Assembly: GCF_006345805.1 (NCBI RefSeq)
Contig: NC_043000.1
Span: 38,440,001 to 38,504,000, forward strand
Reading direction: 5' to 3'
Length of the DNA: 64,000 bases
From: Octopus sinensis
Lineage: Eukaryota
Within the stretch, counting starts at the first letter, position 1. Each line of letters starts with the position of its first letter. Below the pieces are notes generated by a model. It ran no database searches. It saw only the letters and a program-made list of their open reading frames with translations, and was not told the origin of the DNA. Made by a program: the position numbers and the translations under genes. This document shows, piece after piece, positions 57,246 through 64,000 of this stretch.

Positions 57246-58040
57246 AGCGCAGGTATGGCTTTCTTTACTCTTTACTATTTTACTTGTTTCAGTCATTTGA
57301 TTGCGGCCATGCTGGAGCACCGCCTTTAGTCGAGGAAATCGACCCCCAGGACTTATTCTTTGTAAGCCTAGTACTTATTCTATCGGTCTTTATTGCCGAA
57401 CCACTAAGTTACGGTGACGTAAACACACCAGCATCGGTTGTCAAGTGATGTTGGGGGGACAAACACAGACAAACACACACACACACACACACACACATAT
57501 ACGAGGGGCTTCTTTCAGTTTCCGTCTACCAAATCCACTCACAAGGCTTTAGTCGGCCCGAGGCTATAGTAGAAGACACTTGCCTAAGGTGCCACGCAGT
57601 AGGACTGAACCCGAAACCATGTGGTTGGTAAGCAAGCTACTTGCCACACAGCCACTCCTGCGCCTATGACTGTGTATGGTAAGAAGTTTACTTCGCAACC
57701 ACATGGTTTTTGGGTTCAGTCCCACCGTGTAGCACCATGGGTGACTTCAACTATAGCCGCGGGCTAACCAAAGCCTTGCGAGTGGATTTGGTAGACTGAA
57801 ACTGAAAGAAGCCTGTCGCATGTCTTAATGTGTGTGTCTGCATTTGTCCCCAACTATCGATTGACAACAAGTGACCGTGTGTTTATGTCCGTATAACTTA
57901 GCGATTCAGCGAAAGGGACGATAGAATAAGTACCATGCTTCAAAATAAATCCTGGGGTCAATTTCTTTGACTTTAACCCCTTTAAGGCGGTGCCCCAGCA
58001 TGGCCACAGTCTTATAACGGAAACAAAAGACGAGAATAAA
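57246..58040. mobile_element. Two family B SINEs head-to-head (minus copy 57261-57664 inserted in the head of a plus copy)
   Basis: The plus copy starts at GCGCAGGTATGGCT and resumes at TATGACTGTGTATGGTAAG; 7-bp TSD TATGGCT/TATGACT. Confidence 0.85.
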
Positions 58041-58108
58041 ATGCACCAAGTACCTAATGGTGTAAGGGAAACAACTCGTGCTAACTGATAAGACTAATGC
58101 AAGTTCAA

Positions 58109-58357
58109 AGGCGCCGCACTGGCAGGATCGTTAGCAGGCCGGGCGAAATGCTTGGCGGTATTTCATTAAGGTATTTCATTAACTGCCGTTACGTTCTGAG
58201 TTCAAATTCCGCCGAGGTCGACTTTGCCTTTCATCCTTTCGGAGTCGATAAATAAAGTACCAGTTTCGCACTGGGGTCGATGTAATCGACTTAATTCCTT
58301 TGTCTATCTCAACCCTAACCGTCTATGTTTAACCCTCTGTGGGCAATAAAGAAATAT
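58109..58357 (+). mobile_element. SINE family A with small internal duplication
   Basis: Family A consensus; GGTATTTCATTAA duplicated at ~58157-58183. Confidence 0.85.
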
Positions 58358-58405
58358 AAAATGACACAGTTTTTTGCAGAGCGCGAGAGAGAGAGAGAGA
58401 GGGAG

Positions 58406-58456
<51 letters not shown>

Positions 58457-58459
58457 TAG

Positions 58460-58514
<55 letters not shown>

Positions 58515-59342
58515 CTGGAAATTATTGTCTTCAACTCTGCTAGTTGAAAATCACAGGTCAATTAAAGTAGAAAGTTGCAAACCGCATAGCTAGGTTCCTA
58601 TTGTTGGTTGATTTCGTTCATTGTGGGGCATGAGCACAACGCTGGTTTACCCATCAATGTTTCCTGGTAGCAAACATTTAGCTTTTACTTTCTCACCAAT
58701 GCCCAATCGTGATTTTCTATACTTTCTTTTTTTTTTCTTTGCTTTTTATTCTTTTGTTCTAAGAATTACACTTCCAAAACTGGGGCGCGACTTCCACGAT
58801 GCAGCGACAACTAGCAAATCACAAAATAATTCGGAATGAAAATTGCCGCCGCACCTTTTTTGGATTTTTTCTTCATATTTTCGTTTTATAAACAATTTGA
58901 TCGCAGAAGTGATGCGGTGCTCTATGTTGAGGGGTTATAACGCTAGAGCGAATCAAAAATGATGAGTTAAAATTAATATAATCATCGATCGTGAATGGTA
59001 TACACTAAGAAAATTGATGCAATTAGTGTAGAGAATACGAACATTTTAATTAAGGGAGGACTTCACAGTTCTATAGAGGAAAGAAGCAAACACAGTTTCC
59101 ATGAAAGAGATAAACATTGGAGAATAAATGACAGAAAGCTAGGAATAGCAAAGGGAAACAACTCAGAACAGAACCAAAAGGAAAAGCTTGATTCTAAGAT
59201 AAACGGGGAATAAATTTATTAATGGCTATCTACCAAGGACCCCTTTTGTTTCAGTGCGTTTTCACAGGACCCCTTTTTCATATGGCAAGAGTAATATATA
59301 TATATATATATATATAATATATATATATATATATACATGCAT

Positions 59343-59400
<58 letters not shown>

Positions 59401-59598
59401 CACACACACACACATATATATATATATAACTTATAAACAAGAGCAAAAGAAAATTATTTCTATGTCATATAATATTTTTCTTTTGCCCTTGTTTATAATT
59501 TTAACCTTTAAAGGTGTTTTAATATGCTGCCACTTCATCTTATATTAGTATATATATATATATTTTTCTTTCTAGTTTCAGCTGATGCACCGCCGTTG

Positions 59599-59637
<39 letters not shown>

Positions 59638-59849
59638 GTAAGTGTATGTATATATATATATGTATATCGTTAGCTCCTACACGCATTTTTTCTCTCCTTG
59701 TTTCTTTTCTGTGTATTTTTCTGTCGAAGAGCGTAGGCTCGAAACGTAAAAGACTTGTTTTATTTCTATTCCTGAGCGCCATACTAATACATTGTTTGTT
59801 TGTACTCCACCTTCCTTCGTCTTTTGTTTATTTTCGTAAGCCTTCCCGT

Positions 59850-59881
<32 letters not shown>

Positions 59882-59890
59882 ATATATAAG

Positions 59891-59977
<87 letters not shown>

Positions 59978-62132
59978 ATTCTTTTATTCTTTTATTATTT
60001 TACTTGTTTCAGTCGTTTGACTGCGGCCATGCTGGAGCACGGCCTTTAGTTGAACAAATCAACCTCCAGTACTTCTTCTTTGTAAGCCTAGTACTTATTC
60101 TATCGGTCTCTATTGCCGAACCGCTAAGTTATGTAAAAGCACCAACGTCGGTTTTTAAGCGATGGTGGAGGTGGTGAACAAACACAGACACACAAACAAA
60201 CACGCACACACAAACACACACACACATACACACACGCACATATATACATGTATATATATATATATATACATATAAATATATGTGTGTATGTGTATACACG
60301 CACACACATATATATATGAAATTTTGAATTTAGCTCATGGATCCCCACTCCCCCAGGATTACCTTTGCGAACCACCAGGGGTCCGCGCAGAACAGGTTGG
60401 AAACCACTGATGTACAGCATGTTCTTTGTTTGTGACCGAATAGTTATATACTACGGTCCAAGGGAATAAGGTCAGTCGAAGGTCCTTATTTATATTCCCA
60501 CCACTAAAGAGGACATTTCGGAAAGTGTAGGGGGACACGTAGGAGACGTGATCCGGATCAGCTTGACTCCTCTCGTGTGTCATGGAACCAACGGGCGGAA
60601 ACGGAAACTGGCTTGACGGGAACTCCTGTAGAGATTTCTCCTGTTGTCCGTTCAAACCGTTGCGAGTTTCCGCTTACTCGTGTTAGCGAGCGCAGACTTG
60701 TGTGTGGTAACGAAATTAGCACTCCGCCGGTTACGATGGCGATCAGTCGATCTGATCAACGGAACAACCTGCTCGTGAAATTAACGTGCAAGTGGTTAAG
60801 CACTCCACAGACACGCGGGAGATTCAGCGTGTCACAGAATGCGAGAAGGTTGGCCCGTTGAAATACAGGTAATAAACATTTTTTTGCCAGCTGAATGTAC
60901 TGGAGCAATGTGATAGTGTACTGGAGCAAAGTGTCTTGTCCAAGGACACAATGTGATGCAGGTTATCGAACTCATGACCTAGCAATATAGCCACACACCT
61001 TCGTGGTAACTGTACTTAATATAGACATACAGTAATGTGCTGACGAGCGGCTGGTCCTTTTTACTGTATCGACCAGAAACTTATAGTAAATTACCATTTG
61101 AAATATTTAGGGGCCCAAATTTAAGAATGCATTTTACTGTTGTGACATTTTCCCCTGCTGCCGATGTTGATGTCGGTTCCGGGCAACTTGTTAAAGGGTG
61201 CAGCGGTTATTGTAGTAGCGGTGGAAGAGTTAGTGAGAGGAGACATACAACATTACATTGGGCAACAGAGGGAGGGAGTAGCTCTACTTATATTGACAAG
61301 TGTAAACGGGAAACGAACCGAGATGGAATAATGTACGCTAGAGAATACACACACACTCACGCACACACGCACACACACACGCACACATACACACACAACA
61401 TACACACACACGCGCACACACACATTCACATTAACTAATTACAATTATTATAATCGCCATCATTCGCTATTTTCGTTGTCGTCGCCGTTGTCATAATTAT
61501 CATCATGGCGACAATGAAGACGACAGCGAAGATAATGATGATGATGGTGGTGGTGGTGGTGGTGGTGATGGTGGTGGTAATGATGATGATGATGACGGTG
61601 GTGGTGGTGGCGGTGGTGGTGGTGGTGTTAAGGATATGATGATGGTGGTAGTGGTGGTGGTGGTAATGATGATGATGATGATGATGATAATGACGATGGT
61701 GATGGTGATAGTAGTGGTAATGATGATGACGATGGTGATGGTGGTGGTGCTGGTAAGGATGATGATGATGATGATGATGATAATGACGATGGTGATGGTG
61801 GTAGTAGTGGTAATGATGATGACGATGATGATGGTGGTGGTGGTAAGGATGATGATGATGATGGTGGTGGTGGTGGTGGACGTAATGATGATGATGATGA
61901 TACTCCTAATATGTATGAAGCATGCAGACCTATAGATGATAGCAACAACAACAACATCAATAACAACAAAAAAGTCACGAATATCAATGAAATGCAGCAA
62001 GTTACTCAACCATTCCTCTCAGAATATTACGGTTTTAGCAATTTATTAATTAAACAGGACATTAATCAAAAGCGCTTGTCAGAGGAATCTTCTCGAAGAA
62101 TTTGAAACGAATTTTGATGGAAGAATACTTAC

Positions 62133-62256
62133 ATTATCGTTGTACATGTCTGTTGTAATTGCATAAACTCCTTGCATATGGCAAGCACAGACCCCAGAAC
62201 GAAAATGATCACGGATGATATAGCAGTTATCCCTTAACCAACGGTTTTTTTCACCC
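62133..62256 (-). CDS. Adhesion GPCR, GAIN/GPS exon (internal; upstream exons outside window)
   Basis: Flanked by tatttcAG and GTAAGT; 124 bp, phase 2 to 0. Encodes GEKNRWLRDNCYIIRDHFRSGVCACHMQGVYAITTDMYNDN, the W-x4-C ... C-x-C pattern of a GPS motif. Splices in frame to the TM1 exon. Confidence 0.9.
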
Positions 62257-62738
62257 CTGAAATAGCAGATGTCATTATTTAGAGGCATTATATATACGAT
62301 TGCTAGAAGCGGAAGGATAAATGTGATTAACATTATAATACAGAAAACGAAATAACATTTATTATATAGAAAAGTTTTAATTATAAATCTGAAATAAATT
62401 GCGAAATAAAATTATAGCTGTAGTTTTTTTTTGTATTATGGTGGCAATTCCTGCTGTTTTTGTACGTCTTTTTTTTTTCTTTTAGGTTTTGAAAAATATC
62501 TGAAGTGAAAAGTTAATACAAAACATAGTCAAGGTTTTGCGAAACGAAATATGTTACAGGGTGTACCAAGAAAACCTCCCACTCTTTTAGTTTCAATGCA
62601 ATATTAACGAGCGGGGTTAGGCAGATGAAAATGGTAACTTCATGTAACGTTATATCATTTGTATTTGGTCCTCGTCATGGTTTGGACTGGGGTGTAGACG
62701 AAACGATTATTGCTGAAATATTTTCTCAACCTGTATAC

Positions 62739-63170
62739 GGCCTCGAGCTGGCAGAATCGTTAGCAGGCCCGCCGAAATGCTTAGTGATATCTCTTCCGTC
62801 TTTACGTTCTGAGTTTAAATTCCGTCGACGACGGCTTAGCCGTTCGTCAATTTTGAGCCGATAAAATAAGTACCTGTTTAACATTGCAATCGATGTAATC
62901 GATTAACTCAGCACTCTCGAAATTGCTGGCCTTGTGCCGACATTTGAAATTAATATTGTTTATTGAAATGGTGGTGAACGGGCAGAATCGTTAGCGTAAC
63001 GGACAAAATGTTTAGCGGCATTTCGTCCGTTTTTGTGGTCTGATTTCAAATTCCGTCGAGATCAGCTTTATCTTTCATCCTTTTGGGGTCGATAAAATAC
63101 GTACCAATTAAACATTGGGGTCGATATAATCGACTTACCTGAAATTGCAGGCCTTGTGCTAATTGGAGCC
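62739..63170 (+). mobile_element. SINE family A, degenerate tandem pair
   Basis: Two diverged head plus core units. Confidence 0.75.
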
Positions 63171-63402
63171 AATATTTGTCAGCCTGTAAAACGTGGGATG
63201 TTTTTTGTCGCACCCTGTTCATAAAATTGACCCGTTATACATCATTTAAAAACCAAATACAATCATATTATATCCAGAGCAAACTGGATTTCGGCGCCCT
63301 TATACGTACAATTTAAAAAGATAAGTTAACAAGGAGTTAATTACACTGCAAATGTAAAAAGTAAAGTTTTCATTACAATTTATTAAGTGTAAGAATAAGA
63401 TT

Positions 63403-63630
63403 CAATTGCAGCGTGGAAGGTTTTTATAAGCCATTAAAAAAAAAAAAAACACTGCAAAAACCGTTAGATTCACTTCAACATTTAATTAGTCAAAGTATTT
63501 TCGTCGCTTTGAGACCGCGACCTAATCACTGACAAAATTCCGTGCTGCATTTTGACAAATTAAATTTAAATGTTGAAGTGAATGTAACGGTTTTTGTGGG
63601 GTTTTTTAGATGGCTTCTACGCTGCAATTG
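63403..63630. mobile_element. Fold-back element (Penelope-like, family P4)
   Basis: Arms CAATTGCAGCGT...CAAAAACCGTTAGATTCACTTCAACATTTAA and their reverse complement surround a hammerhead-like core. Confidence 0.6.
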
Positions 63631-64000
63631 TTAATGTTTCAGCACACGATCTATGCAAGTACATCTCCGTAAAGAATAAAATTGTGTGTTTTTTTTTTAT
63701 CTATTTTAATATCTTCCTCCTTGTTGTGTACGAAAGATCCCAAACATGATGTGTCTCCCACTCCTAAACATATAAACCCCGGACGACTGCCCCAGTTGGC
63801 AATGTCTTCAACCGGCCCTTTCAAGACCATCGAGCCGTATCGACGTTTTTGATGAAACAGACTATTACATACTTTCCCTTCATCCCTGAATACATTTTCA
63901 TGCTTCTACTTTGCTTTGGAAATTCTTGAGTTATTAGATATTCTTGTTTCGACCGAGAATGTTAAATGGTTTTACAAAACCTTAATAATTTCCATAGCAA

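Noticed and set aside
63700-63886. Open frame after a ttcAG on the minus strand, as a possible upstream GAIN exon
   Set aside because: No CxxW GPS start or GAIN-like sequence, and no convincing phase-2 donor.

Overview
Eukaryotic, AT-rich, microsatellite-dense DNA. It is most likely from an octopod cephalopod, inferred from my recollection of the Octopus OK/OR-type SINE families. Almost all entries in the ORF track are microsatellite read-throughs. The only host gene I can support is an adhesion GPCR on the minus strand. Eight GT-AG exons (62256 down to 32226) splice in frame and encode the end of the GAIN/GPS region and TM1-TM6. The TM6 exon runs into a 100-N gap (32126-32225), TM7 was not found, and the ectodomain lies beyond the right edge. 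Its GPS lacks the canonical H-L|T/S autoproteolysis site. The rest is transposon debris: two Tc1-like copies with DD36E spacing, three tRNA-derived SINE families, RTE and Dong/R4 LINE 3' ends, a Helitron, a hAT MITE and fold-back elements. There is also a 5.6-kb (TATG)n array with higher-order duplications. The most unusual signal is a set of short Penelope-like repeats from several unrelated families, each with minimal hammerhead-ribozyme topology but a different variant catalytic core. No gene is evident left of the gap.
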